Shown here: positions 52,401 to 64,000 of the stretch, piece by piece | Layout of the letters: the number at the start of each line of letters is the position of its first letter | Numbering within the stretch: position 1 is the stretch's first letter | Assembly (NCBI RefSeq): GCF_037042905.1 | Contig: NC_087245.1 | Coordinates: 34,038,001 to 34,102,000, forward strand | DNA: 64,000 nt | Direction: 5' to 3' | From: Lytechinus pictus | Lineage: Eukaryota | Notes under the pieces: model-generated | What the model saw: the letters and a program-made list of their open reading frames with translations, nothing else | Database searches by the model: none | What the model was told of the DNA's origin: nothing | Program-made: the position numbers and the translations under genes

Positions 52401-55400
52401 TAAGTCAAGTAGTGGTCGCTGAGAGAAATCGGTGCAACATTTGTTATTAAATGATCATTAGGATTAGTTGAAAAAATATGGTCAATACATTTGGATGTTG
52501 TCAGAGTTACCCTTGTGGGTTTATTTACCAGTTGAGTTAGAAGAAAAAGGTTCTCCATGTCATCAATATTTTTTTTCCCACTACATTTGGTATCAAAATA
52601 ATCAATATTAATATCACCAAGTATACACAATCTTTTATTGTCAATTGATGCCAATTCTAAGACATTGAATAAATGATCAAAGAATTCGGACTGAGAATTT
52701 GGAGGTCTACATGTATATAAGCAGCTTATAATCAAACTTTCGTGTTTTAATTTTAATTCTATCCATAATGCTTCTAGGGAATCATGCTCTAAATCATGCC
52801 GTCGACAGAAAGATAAAGTACTACGAATATACATACATACTCCACCTCCACGTTTACTACTTCTATCTAATCTTAATAAACTGTAATTATCGATATTAAT
52901 CATACCATCTTTTATTGCATTGCTCAACCACGTTTCGGATATACATAAGATATCAAGTTCTAGTTTTTTTAATAGAAAGCTAATTTCATCAAGTTTACCA
53001 AAAATACTTCGAACATTCATATGGGCAATTTTAAGACTATTATATTTCCGAAGAATATCAGCATGAATTTCATAAGCACAGTTATTTGATTGATAACTAT
53101 CAGTTGAAAAACTATCATCATGACGTGAAACATTGATGGCAACATACTTTGGTATAGGAAATCCACTTCCACAAACAAAATGTGGTACATGTATTTCATT
53201 TGGTACAACGGGCCACGAGTTGTACGTAAAGTGATCCATAACTGACAAAGTTCTTTATGAAACACGAACCAGGGAATATTTGAGATGGGCTGAAGCTATT
53301 TGAAATGACCGGCAGTTCGGTCCTGGGTCAAGTTGTGACTCAAATCATGATATTTCAGCATAACTCAATACTATGCATGGTTTCTAACTTTAATAGAAAA
53401 TTTTTATATTGGAACTGCAGTACTGGTGTCCACCAAACAGGGTTGGGCTCAATTACTTTCTTCAATTAGAATTACAATTATGTAATTGAAGAAATTTTCA
53501 ATTACAATTACTTTTCAATTTAAATTACATTTTTTTCAATGACAATTACCAATTACTTTTGTCAAAAATTTCAATTACTTTAGAAAGTCATAAATGAAAT
53601 CAATTTGTATTCTGTATATACTAGCACCACCTTTTTCAACATAATTCTAAGTTACATAGAAACTGACATAATGAAGGTTTATGTTAAAAGAGCACAGATT
53701 CTGCCTACAATCTTTGATGCTGAAGCAGTTGACATGAAAAAGTCATGAAATTTATAAATCATGAATCAGTTAAGTTTATTGTAAATGTAATTAATTACGT
53801 AATTGATCAATTACCTAGACTAGTAATCGAGCCCAACCCTGCCACCAAATGTCATTTAGCAGACCCCAGTAGCATAGTTGCAATATTCTAAATGACCTCT
53901 GACCTTGATCATCTGACCTGAAACTCTTCTTTTTTTTTGTTGTACAGAGATGTAGAGCTCCAAAGAAGTTCATGTATTGTTTTACCGGAGGGACACACAA
54001 CGAGACGTGGCATTGTGAGAACTACTTCCAAACAATCAGAGACTATATATGGAAAGTAAGTACATCACCATCATATCAATTGTCTTATTATGGTTTCATT
54101 GATGGTTTGCATAGTCTCTATTGCATCTTTGATATATGATTAAATTCAAGTTATTCCATATCCCTTTAAAATTGAAATTACATATCAAAATAGTATCAAT
54201 TATATTCAAGTCAATTACCATAATACCGGTATAAGTACTTGTTTTACAAAAACTAGTAATGATATGCCAAGGTGACCCATTAAATTTTATTTTTGAGATA
54301 ATTTTCTCATTACCTGCATCATATGATGAACATTGGGGGTTTTCATGCTGCTTTTTTTTTGTATTTTATGAGTTTATTGTAAGAATTATATTTTATTTGA
54401 ATCTATTTTAATTTCAAATCTGGGTATATGTTCACTAAAATGCTTTGGCTTGTATTCTGAATTCTTGTTTATCATACATTCATAGTTGTGGTTAAATTAT
54501 GGTAAGCCAAATGTGACACAAGGCTCCATTGTTGTAGTGCTGTAGCCGAACTGCCGAACCGAATGGAAGCTCGCCGAACTTGGCACTTCCGAACCGAACC
54601 GAACGCAAAGGCCTGGTTCGGTAGTTCGGTAAAAAAAAAAAGGCACAGTAATATAGCTAATTAAAATGCATAATAGCGGGGACACGTACGTGCAGTCGCC
54701 GCTGGCTAACGTCAGCTTAATGGACGACGCCATACTGCAAGATTTGGCCCGCGCCCTCACTGGCTAACGCTCGAACGCCATTCATCCATACACTAATTCC
54801 TCTTGATTACCGTTGATAAAAACCTCGTTCAAATCTTTTCCAGAATTCCTATGAATTAGCGATGGATGTTTTTCCGTTAATCAAATATCCTTTATTATAC
54901 CAATATTTTTTTTTTATTTATAACATTTTTATTTTAATCACAATTTCAGTCCGAACGCGGGTCTGTTTTTGTTAACCCACGTTGTTTGTGCATGCCCACG
55001 TATGGCCTTACGCGTATTGAAAGGAATGATGTTGGGTCGAAAAACAGAATTGTTGTTAATCAAACTTATTGTTTGTTCCGTGTTTGTTGGGGATGAAACT
55101 ATGATGGCGACCAGTCACGTTTGACTGTACCGCCAGATAGTTAAGATTAATTAATTAAGGTCAAGGTGAGATAAGAGAAATGAGCAAGGGGCTTTGTGGT
55201 GGGGGGGGGGAGGGAGAGAGAGAGAGAGAGAGGGGGGAGTTAAGAGGGCGAGTGGGGGGGGGGGGGAGTTAAGAGGGCCGAGTGGGGATACAGTTTCATC
55301 ATGCAGTACAGGGCGTCGATGAACACCTTATTTTTTTTCTCCAAAATATGGAAAGTGACAGAATAATCAGAAAAGGTTGATTGGTTCTGATTTTGAAAAA

Positions 55401-58400
55401 AAAAAAAAAATTCAAACAGAATTAATCAAGATTGCTGTTATTCTTCATGGTTGTAGAATTTAATTTAGTTTTTCTGATAAGTTCTTTCAAACAACTCAAA
55501 TTTTGATTAATCGTATTTGATTTATTTCACTCTTTTCTTTCGCCCCGTTTTTTTTTTCTTCCAAAAAATCAGGGAGCTGAAAAAGATGAGAGCTAGAACC
55601 TAAAGATATGGGGTAGCTATGACGTTGGAGAGGGCGCAGCCCCATGCACTTGCAGATCCAGATCGATTTTCATAGGGGACACTTAGAGTAGCCCCTATTT
55701 CTTCAATATTTTTTTACAAGCAAAAAAAAAGTCAATGAAGACATCATGCCACCGACAGCTGGCATGATGCCTCGTAAAAGGGGGGCGGTCGATTATTTTG
55801 AGCATTTTTTTCATTTTGTCCTCAATAGGGGAGCTAGGGGGGGGGTCAATTAATTCTATATACACTTCTCTTGTGTTTATATATGGGGGGGGGGTCTGCT
55901 ATTGAGCATGTTTTTAAAAGGGCTTAATATAACAGAAATTGTATGATTTTAACACAATAAAATGTATCATGGAGGTTAATACTAAATTAATACATAATTA
56001 ATGATAATTGTTTTAATTGAAAATGAAAATAATAAAGGCACCCATAGATCTTAACATCTCATAAATACAGACCTAAACCTAATTGGAAGTTGAACAGGCA
56101 TAAAGTATGTTTAGCTGTAGCTGATGCTTTGATCCCGCAACCAAATAATGTTAGCATAAAGACTAAAGTAGCTGTTATATCAGTGGCGTAACGAGCGAAA
56201 AAAATTGAGGGTTACCAATACCAGTATACGATATGGCATATCGGGCAAAATTTATAAAAGTATATAGTTGCAAGCAAGCGACATGAGCATAATTTCGACG
56301 TTTTTGTTACAAAAATCCAATTAAACAATTTCGCAAGATTCTCTTTCCTTTTCCTTTTCTTGTTCGTGAATTGGGGGCATGCAAGACCCCCCCCCCCCCC
56401 CTAACAGCTACAGCACCACTCTTTGTTATGTCACTGTCTAAAATTGGATTTCAACTTTGAGAATTTGAATTTCTAATCCAAAGGGATAAGACAAAAATAT
56501 TTGCAGATAACTTATTTCAAAGTATTTTTACCTAACTCCCCAACTCTGCTCTAGCTGCACTGCACGTTGCCCAACGGCCTTCCACCAAAGGGCCAGGCCG
56601 ACTCGCCCCGTGAGCAAGTGACCGCGTTCGCGTAAGTTCACCCGAAGCCAAGACTAAATTCTGACCATAAACATCACCTAACTAATCACTCTCTGACAAT
56701 ATTTCAAAGTATCTTTTATGACAGTCGATCCTTTGGGCCATTAAACGATAATATTTCCAATGTTATCATGACAAACAATTTTAATGAGATAGTGGCATTG
56801 TAGAAAAAACAAATTTATAAGCACGAAATGGCACCAGATATATCATCAAACATACAGCGCAGCATTCGGGACTGGTGAGTGGTACGGCTCGCTTGGAGTT
56901 TTCGCCCCGACGAATTCGGCGAAAACGTTACCATTGCGCCGTGCGAATGTTCAATCTACGGCTCTCAATCAGAGACTTGAATGTCTCTTTTCGTATTATC
57001 GAAAATGTATCATAGACTTTGTTTGGTTTGTTTACAAGTAAGTTGCATATCCGTCGTGATAATTAGGAAAATCCACAATGTCTTCTTCTAATTCTGTAAA
57101 AATTACGTCTTCAATGTACCTGTGTCAGAAAATTGCCGAAAATCGTAAAAACTTGCCTAAAATTTCTCTTTTTGAAAGTTCATCCATGGTCTGGAAAAAA
57201 ATGTTATAACTTATGTAGACATATACCGTGAACAAATGCATCCTCGATCACTAAAATGAAGTATTTACTAAGATTTTTTATCTCAGGCCGCGTTACCATG
57301 GCAACTTGGAAAAATCCTTATTTTTTAAGAATAAAATTCTGGTTTTAAGGGTCATTTTAGAGACATAAAACTTACCCTATTTTGAAGTATTGGGTTTAAA
57401 TTTCACATAAAACTGAATTATCTATGTTTATACTTTCGTATATGAATATTCATATTTCTTGTAGAATCTTAGTTTTTGATTGGTCAATGTTTCAGTCACG
57501 GCTAATGACTGAGTGTAAAAAAATCTGAAAATGCGCATTTTATCGGCAACCAACAAGCAAGATGGCGGAACACATTAAGTTGGCGCTATGCACGTACGTG
57601 GGGACTACATAGATTTAAGTGTAAAATAAAAATAAAATTATTGGTTAGTGATTGTGCACAATAAGAATTCCACCCAAAATATTTTTAAAATCCACTATGA
57701 AAGCTCCCATCTCGTCTTTAATTGGACTGTTATCAACTTAAAAATATTTTATTAACATGAATATATTTTTTCTTGATAAAATGAGGGGACATTTGAAGCT
57801 AAACTCGGTATAAAAGCGTGATTAATTACATATTGTCGTAATCGATCGTGATCGTAATCGGACCTAATTATTTTGTATTTAATAAAGAAAAGGACCAGAC
57901 ATTAATTCATTCCTCATAAATGACAAAGTATGACAGCTTCGGTCTCGTCTTTGATTGAATTTTTATCAGTTTCAATATTTTTATAAACATGAATTTATTT
58001 TTTTCTTCATAAAATGTGGGAACATTTTAAGCTAAACACAGTTCAAAAGTGTAGTTGAATTACGTATTGCTGTAATCGATCGTGATTGTAATCGGACGTA
58101 GATGTAATTGTTTTGTATTTTAAAAAAGAAAAAGACAATACATAAATTAATTCCTTGTGACAGACAAAGTAATGGTAAAGTATATTTCACCTTCTGAAAT
58201 TTTCATATTAAGATAAAAGATAAATAAAAAAGAGATGAAGGAATGAGGGTAGAAAAAACAGAAAAGATAAAAATTCAAACCAAATCAATGCATGTTCCCT
58301 GATCACGTTCCGGAAATGGTTGCAGGGGCCGCGGAACGGTTTTCAAATGGGGGGGGCTGAGCCAAAGTGGGGGGCTGACCATGCTAAAAATCACAATCAT

Positions 58401-59820
58401 ATGGTCATTTTTACATTTTTGTACACGGTTTTGGAAAAAAGTGGGGGGGGCTGAAGCCCCCCAGCCCCCCCCCCCCCCCCCCCCCCCGGTTCCGCGGCCC
58501 CTGGGTTTGTAAGGAAAGTTGAAACAGGAAGTCCAAACAACCTGCTCTCAGTTGCTATTATACAGGTAAAATTTGTATTCCGAATTCGAAAACGTTTTTC
58601 CATTGTCAATATTGTCTAAAAAGTGGTTTAATCTGGTCAATTACTGAAAATGAAATGATAAATTATCAGTTCCATCTTGGTTCTAAAGATCAACGCCGAG
58701 TGATTTCACAACACTAAAATACACAGTACAGTCCCATGTACTCATTTTCGTGTTGGAAATATGTTTGAAGTCACGTAGCGTCGATCTTTCTGGACCAAGA
58801 ATGGAGTGATATTTTATCTTTTTAAAGTAATTGATTGGCCAGATTTAACCACTTTTCAGAAAATAGGGACTTTCTAAAACATTTCATATTCTTTGGAATG
58901 TGAATTTTACCAGTATAACAGTTGAGTGGAGGTTGTTTGTCTACTGTTTCGACATTCTTGATCAACAATTTCCAATCGGAGAAGCTGCGTGCAGCGTTTG
59001 CAATGACATTGTAATCAATCATGATCATAGCTACATGAAATAATCATGAAAAAAAATGTGATCTTTGTAATTCCATTTCTGTCCTGATTCACTCATTATC
59101 AATATTTTTTCTTTGTTTTATTTCATTTTAAAAATGAAAGTAGAAATGACTCTTATTTTTGTTTAAAGATTAAAATAAATAAAAGAAAGTTATGCAACAA
59201 TTTTTATAACTATTGTTTTTAGAAACAAAATTTATTATAAATATATGACAGATCTTTGTCAAGAATAACTGTTCAAGGGTCGGCATTTCATTATTTATGT
59301 TAATAATTTAATTTTGGCATTAATAGCCGAACCCCGAACCGAACCAAAGTTCGGAAAAAAATTGCCGAACCCGAACATGCCGCCTGACTTGCAGCACTAC
59401 ATTGTTGACATTTTGATCTTTAAGCACATTTGAGTGGAGTGATATTAATTCAAAATCCCTATGAAAACTGACACACACCAGGGGCCCGTTTCATAAAGGA
59501 CTTACAACTGTTTTAACTTTGTCATAATGGCAACTACCGTGGTAACAGGACTCAGCAGTCAATGATAATCAAGGTTTCCATGGTAGTTGGCGTAATGGCA
59601 AAGTTACAACAGTTGCAAGTCCTTTATTATGAACGGGGCCCTCATCCTTAATATCAAAATCTCTGTTTCTCTCATTTTCCAGGTCCCTGGCAGTAGAAGA
59701 GGAGATAGCAGCTACAACCCTCCACACTCTAACCACCCACATCATCATCATCATCAACACCATCATCCACTCTCAGGAAGTGCAGTCCCTTCCAATGCAT
59801 CCGTAGCCTTCAATGCATAA
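42701..59820 (+). CDS. ABHD13: ABHD13-like alpha/beta hydrolase, join(42701..43013,44204..44435,45733..45833,46214..46464,48845..48949,53948..54055,59683..59820), 415 aa
   Basis: Phase-consistent GT-AG exons; QDFLLYFP, FLHGNAGNLGHR, DYRGYGRSEGTPSESGLY, nucleophile GRSLGG, IENTFTSI, acid DELVPP, His GGTHNETW; N-terminal TM region. Confidence 0.92.
46792..47129. mobile_element. Kolobok-type MITE (shorter relative of 63194-63781)
   Basis: GGGGAATCTAACC / GGTTTGATTCCCT ends, TTAA flanks, internal similarity to the 63-kb copy. Confidence 0.65.
49421..53255 (-). mobile_element. CR1/L2-group LINE, 5'-truncated (no ORF1), antisense in ABHD13 intron
   Basis: ORF2 plus about 800-bp 3' UTR ending in a stem-loop and (TAAA)n tail at about 49421-49458. 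Confidence 0.9.
50330..53248 (-). CDS. LINE ORF2: APE endonuclease + reverse transcriptase (972 aa; premature stop 29 codons before probable natural stop at 50243)
   Basis: APE: HMNVRS, ISETWL, GGGV, LGDIN, PTR, IDHI, SDH; RT: NYRPIS, FLDISKCFDSIDH, GIPQGSGLGP, FADD, YLGV. Confidence 0.92.
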   Translation of the reverse strand: MSVMDHFTYNSWPVVPNEIHVPHFVCGSGFPIPKYVAINVSRHDDSFSTDSYQSNNCAYEIHADILRKYNSLKIAHMNVRSIFGKLDEISFLLKKLELDILCISETWLSNAIKDGMINIDNYSLLRLDRSSKRGGGVCMYIRSTLSFCRRHDLEHDSLEALWIELKLKHESLIISCLYTCRPPNSQSEFFDHLFNVLELASIDNKRLCILGDINIDYFDTKCSGKKNIDDMENLFLLTQLVNKPTRVTLTTSKCIDHIFSTNPNDHLITNVAPISLSDHYLTYTCLNFSNESTSHKTVHFRNYKKFDQKLFLDDLSKSSICNDNFSCNDDINTVWKSWKNIFLDICHKHAPLKVIRVKERYSPWITGEIIDLMYRRDFLKRKYCKSKAVDNLHHIKEYRIVRNQITKLIRKSKRQYFSEISTKYKHDPKKLWNELTLMTGNTKSKNDVPAELDCNTMNDYFINVGKNFNYKEKDINWNQPQCIYEFDFEHAKPDEVLKLLLSLSSTSNLDVMNFDSKLLRLAAPLIYNSLSQIFNLSLLSGIIPDDWKKSRTTPIYKGKGSKSDKSNYRPISVVCHISKLIEKTVQKQLLAYLQKFDLINIDQFAFIPNHSTVTSLHRVIDDWYGAFNEREVVGACFLDISKCFDSIDHKLLLFKLEKYGITRTSLKWFECYLSNRKQMVCCHGEMSSYKDVDIGIPQGSGLGPALFLLIINDISTCLNSGECNIFADDVVIYDYGSDVNEVTLKMQKNIDNVKKWYDKNHLSINVSKTKVMLLRNRSYSCDKINIFIDNNLVEQVKFIRYLGVEIDENLNWSSHVNHISKTLAYKIFSLGKLRQFLNKSLLNTLYMTNVLPTLDYAISVWGNYIGKRELDHLTRLQKRAARYVTGNFDYVNSRGEDLMKELKWPTIEQRRDYFLANIMFKCIHGMAPIRLCNNIELVVDRHDIRTRNCDTLNVLPPKPNLECFKRSFLFSG
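53438..53841. mobile_element. hAT-type MITE
   Basis: TIR CAGGGTTGGGCTC / GAGCCCAACCCTG, perfect 8-bp TSD CCACCAAA, subterminal AATTAC repeats. Confidence 0.88.
54535..59399. mobile_element. 4.9-kb non-autonomous hAT-type element
   Basis: TIR TAGTGCTG / CAGCACTA, perfect 8-bp TSD CATTGTTG (54527-54534, 59400-59407), subterminal CCGAAC arrays at both ends, no transposase ORF. Confidence 0.85.
58323..58503. mobile_element. Short MITE nested in the hAT element
   Basis: TIR CAGGGGCCGCGGAAC / GTTCCGCGGCCCCTG. Confidence 0.75.
59482..59640. mobile_element. Harbinger-type palindromic MITE
   Basis: GGGCCCGTTTCATAAAGGACTTACAACTG / CAGTTGCAAGTCCTTTATTATGAACGGGGCC. Confidence 0.7.
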
Positions 59821-60986
59821 TGATACTCAAACAGCTCTTAGTTCTCAGATCCATCTCACTCCGGTTGCATAGAAATCCTTCGCCATCCAGTGTAAATTAC
59901 TTCCATGATATCCTTTGGTTTGGTATGGCTGTTGCGTGTCGTTGGTCGTGACCACTCTATGGCAAAGTTACTGTGATGGTTGGTAAGTTTCACGCCAAAG
60001 GCCCTGGTTCAAAACGGTATCGATGAAATGGAATGTCTCAGGCTCGGTTCAGTGTCATTTTCCTGAGCGGGTCCGATCCTTGAAAGATCAGGATGGATGG
60101 GTGAGGGAGGGGGGGGCAGCCCAGTGGATTTGTGAATGGCTTGAGCGATCTAATCGAGAAGACAACCCTAGGGTCATCTAGATTGCTTTGACTTACAGAA
60201 TGGTGTGGGCAATCCAGTATGACTGAAGCAATCAAGGATGTTAACCAGAAGACTGTATGTTGGGGTGTGTTTCCACAAGAGTTAAGTGTGACTTTAGGCC
60301 GTTTTCATACTGAAGGCGAAGTGGGGTTTCTCCGGAGTAACTCTCGATTGAGTTGATACACTTGTACTGTTGACTGACATTACACCCCCTTTCAAACTGG
60401 CAAGCTCCACAGCGGTGTATCCGCAGTCGTTTCCGTGGTTTCCAAGCGAGTTCGTGCCATATGTGTGGCACGCGGAATCTCCCCCATGCGGAAATTAATG
60501 AAGTTACGTGCAAGATAGGTGATACCGCACTTCCGATGTGGACTAACTCCGTTTGTAACCCTCTTCTTGAAGTGGGTCGAGTAATCTGCTTTGAATCCGG
60601 GTCAAAATAAACCGAGAATTTTTATACTGCCCTCCAAAGTGGAGTAACTCCTTCTTGACTCCGGAGTAACTCCACCTCGGCTGTCAGTATGAAAGTGGTA
60701 TTAGTGTCAAGCCTAAATTTTTGTCATGAACATTTTTGTGAATAGCACCAAGACCTTGGAGCTTTGCCAAACCAATGAGAGTAATCCAACTGGCTTTGGA
60801 CACGACTGTGAACACTCATAAATTTTACGTCTTGGCCAGTATAGTAGATAAGTATGAGGATAGGGAGGTGAATGTAAGCATGATAATGAAGATGTTTGGT
60901 TCAACCTTCATTAGTAGTACCATTTGATGTCAAATGAAATAGAAAATAGATGGGAGCATATGATCTAATTAGAGTGGAAAGATCTT

Positions 60987-61258
60987 GGCCCCATCTTACA
61001 AAGAGTTACGATTGATCCAATCAACCACAACTATGGAAAACCAGCAACTATCTAAAACACATGCTTGTTCAATATATTTTCTAGATATAATGTATATTCA
61101 TACACTGATAGTTTTCTTGAAACTTCAGTGTGCTTCTTTTTGTTCACAAAGGACATTGTGCAAATATCCTGTAGAAAAAATTATGACGTTGGTGGATTTC
61201 CATATACATGTAGTTGAGGATTGATCGGATCAATCGCATCTCTTTGTAAGACGGGGCT
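60987..61258. mobile_element. Harbinger-type MITE, same family as 5753-6032
   Basis: GGCCCCATCTTACAAAGAGTTACGATTGATC / GATCAATCGCATCTCTTTGTAAGACGGGGC. Confidence 0.7.
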
Positions 61259-63193
61259 ATTCAGTGAAGTATGTCCGCCCCCTCCCCTTTTGTATGTGGG
61301 TCTATCCCAAAATGATCCATTCCTAACTTAGTACTTTGTGTGATAAGGTGTAATGCTCTCAAACGATCATGGCTTGAGTATTTTGTGTAGTGAAGTAAAA
61401 ATTGAGGAAATAGTGAGTCAGACTTTGTTACAAAATGGTGGATTATTCTATGGAATTTGCTCGTTGATGGATCTGTTTGATCCATCAACGAGCAATATAG
61501 TGGCATAATCATCATTGGTCTCAGAAAAAGCTGTATTTCAGATATACATGTATGGTGGAAAGGTGGAAACATCCTATTGTCTGAAAAACAATCTTATTCC
61601 AGAATAGACCCATTTTTAGGCAAACAAATAATGCCACTTAAAACATGTATGTCATTCCTCTAAAGGCAACTTTTTCTCTGAACTGTTCTTGAAATTTTCA
61701 TACTTTGAGATACCAGTTTATTAGAGCCCAGTGATGATACAGGTCCTCTCCAATGTCTTGTGTACATACGATTTTAGATGACAGATTGTGCATTTCTGTA
61801 CCATAGATATCAAAGACATATTTTTGACAGTATCATTCATGTTCATCTATGATTTCTTAATACAAATTTGACAAAATTCACTCTTTTTTCTCTAAAATCT
61901 AAAAAAAAAAAAAACTCTAAAATTACTTTGATGGAAAGCTTGCAAATAATGTTCATGTTTGCAAGCATCTCATCAAGCTTTTTTTCCTATTTTTCCTGCT
62001 ATGGTAACAATTTGATATCAGGGTAGACTTCACATCTTTTGTAAGTATTTATGTTTCTACTTCAGTAACTAGAAAAAAAATCTATATTAAAATATTTTAA
62101 AAAATATCTCCAAGTACTTCATGTTGATATGAGGGTATGGAATTTGAGATAATGTTGCTGCAAATAGCAACAATAACATGATAAACTAATTGGCCTACCC
62201 TATTGAGGCTATTATTAAGTTTACCACTCCTACATGTATACTAACTATTTCATATGTTTGTTTCTTATACATATATGAACATGTATTGAGTGGGGTCCTA
62301 TTTCATAAAGACTTATTATAATATAAAAATATATCAGGCTTTGAGAAAGTATAGCGGGAATTATTTATCCGAGGTTGGACTGGCAATCACTATTTTCTCC
62401 AAGGGGCGAAGCCCCAAGGAAAAATAGTTATTATTGCTAGTCCAACCAAGGATTAATAATTCCCACTATGCTTTCGAAGGAAACGCCTGATATATTTGTT
62501 TTATATCCCTCTTTAACTTGTAGACCTAGCCCTTGCTGATGTGTAATCTAGACCAGTTTTCACGTTGCCGAACCTAGTCCTACAATGTAACTTTTAGGCC
62601 TCTCGAGCTAATGATAACCAGTTCCTGGGTAGGGTAGGCTGCGCACGGCCTCTACCCGACTGCAGTGAATGAGACCATGAGAGGTCCGCTGTGCTGCGTC
62701 GGTGTAGTTGCACTCAAGTTGTAAATGCGCAGGCTAAATATAATGGATCTTGACTCACCTTGTTATTTCAGATGAATGTAAATTTATTGTGACATTAGGA
62801 GAAACAAGATCATTGAAACTTTGTAGTTGAGCTATTCAAGATCAATATAAGATTATGTGGCTGAACTCATCTGAATTTGTACGTGTGTTAACTTTGTACT
62901 CAAGAAAAAGTAAGAAAGTGTATCCTCGGAACCAGTATTGGTTAGTTTAACTTTTTTCATATATGCTTTGTCCCCAATATTTATAATTGTTGGTGTACAT
63001 ATACTGTATGGGATTGAATTATTCTCGGTCTGGTCTAGGACTTTATTACATTATATACATCCAATTTTTTAATTACCTCTTGAGTTTGTGACAGTTTCCA
63101 CGAAAGGAAAATGATGATAAAGTATTTTGGTGCGTAATGCAGGCCACACATATACTGTACTTGTACCGAAAAAGCAAAGGTGATAGAAGTTAA

Positions 63194-63781
63194 AGGAGAA
63201 TCCAACCCAAAGAAAAACTTGTTTTTATACTTTAGGAAGAAGAAATGTCAGACAAGTTGATAGGTGAAAGTTTGAACGATATCAGACAAACAATAAGAAA
63301 GTTATGAATTTTTAAAAGTTATAAATATTGGTAATCACTATACCCATGGAGACTTCAAATTGGCCGCATATGTAATGACATAGTGATGTAAGGCAAGGAC
63401 TATTCCTTGTACTCCTATACATAATATGGCTAAAATGTCATTTTTCCCAAAAGTTTTATTTCAAATTATATTTTTCTTCCATGAGGACATAAACCAATAT
63501 ACTACCTGGGTTATATTTAGATTACTGCCCCAGGGGAATCGGAGAAAACCACAAATCCCTGATTATTAAGTACATGGCCTATGGAAAGTTGTCCTTGCCC
63601 CTTGTCATAATTTACTTACCCAGTTGCCAATTTGAAATCTACATAGTCTTAGTGATCTCAATTTTAAAGCAGCTATAACTTTCTTATTGCTTGTCCGATT
63701 TCTTTCAAACTTTAACCATTCTGTTTAATTTATTTTTCTCCTTTCCAACACAACATTTTATGACCAAGGCTGGATTCCCCT
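63194..63781. mobile_element. Kolobok-type non-autonomous element
   Basis: TTAA TSD (63190-63193, 63782-63785), TIR AGGAGAATCCA / TGGATTCCCCT. Confidence 0.75.
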
Positions 63782-64000
63782 TTAAAGAGGACTCAAAACT
63801 TGTGACCAGCCACCCTAAAATGAACAATGAGTCACCAAGGAAGGTTCTCAAATAGCCATAAGAGTCATTTGGTATTTTTTAAAGTAAAAATTAGAAAATT
63901 AGCTTACCTGAAAGAGTGAAATTGTCTTCATTACACTGACAAAATTTGTATAGTTGAAAACAAGAGTTTCTTTGACACCATTTTTTGCTGACTGCTTGAA

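Overview
Eukaryotic, AT-rich, repeat-dense genomic DNA with five N-gaps. The SINE/MITE complement and gene style suggest an invertebrate deuterostome such as a sea urchin (inference only). I reconstructed three host genes by hand from GT-AG exons: (1) a minus-strand glutamate carboxypeptidase II / NAALADase-like gene (13 coding exons visible, 33109 down to 6074, continuing past the window start); (2) a plus-strand SLC16/monocarboxylate-transporter-like gene (4 exons, 514 aa) nested antisense in the 16-kb intron of gene 1; (3) a divergently transcribed ABHD13-like alpha/beta hydrolase (7 coding exons, 415 aa). The most unusual object is at 1-5401: an apparently intact, very young tyrosine-recombinase retrotransposon of PAT type (gag, RT-RNaseH-methyltransferase, YR, split direct repeats) in a NAALADase intron. 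It has a spliceosomal intron in gag that contains the only early pol ATG, a five-unit repeat/spacer array after pol, a predicted multibranch RNA structure before YR, a splice-acceptor-led YR exon, and a B|A repeat junction at its left edge. Also present: a nearly intact CR1/L2-group LINE ORF2, degraded LINE pieces, an R4/Dong-like fragment in a TAA microsatellite, tRNA-derived SINEs, and many hAT-, Harbinger- and Kolobok-type non-autonomous DNA elements. All calls come from reading the sequence; no searches or folding programs were run.
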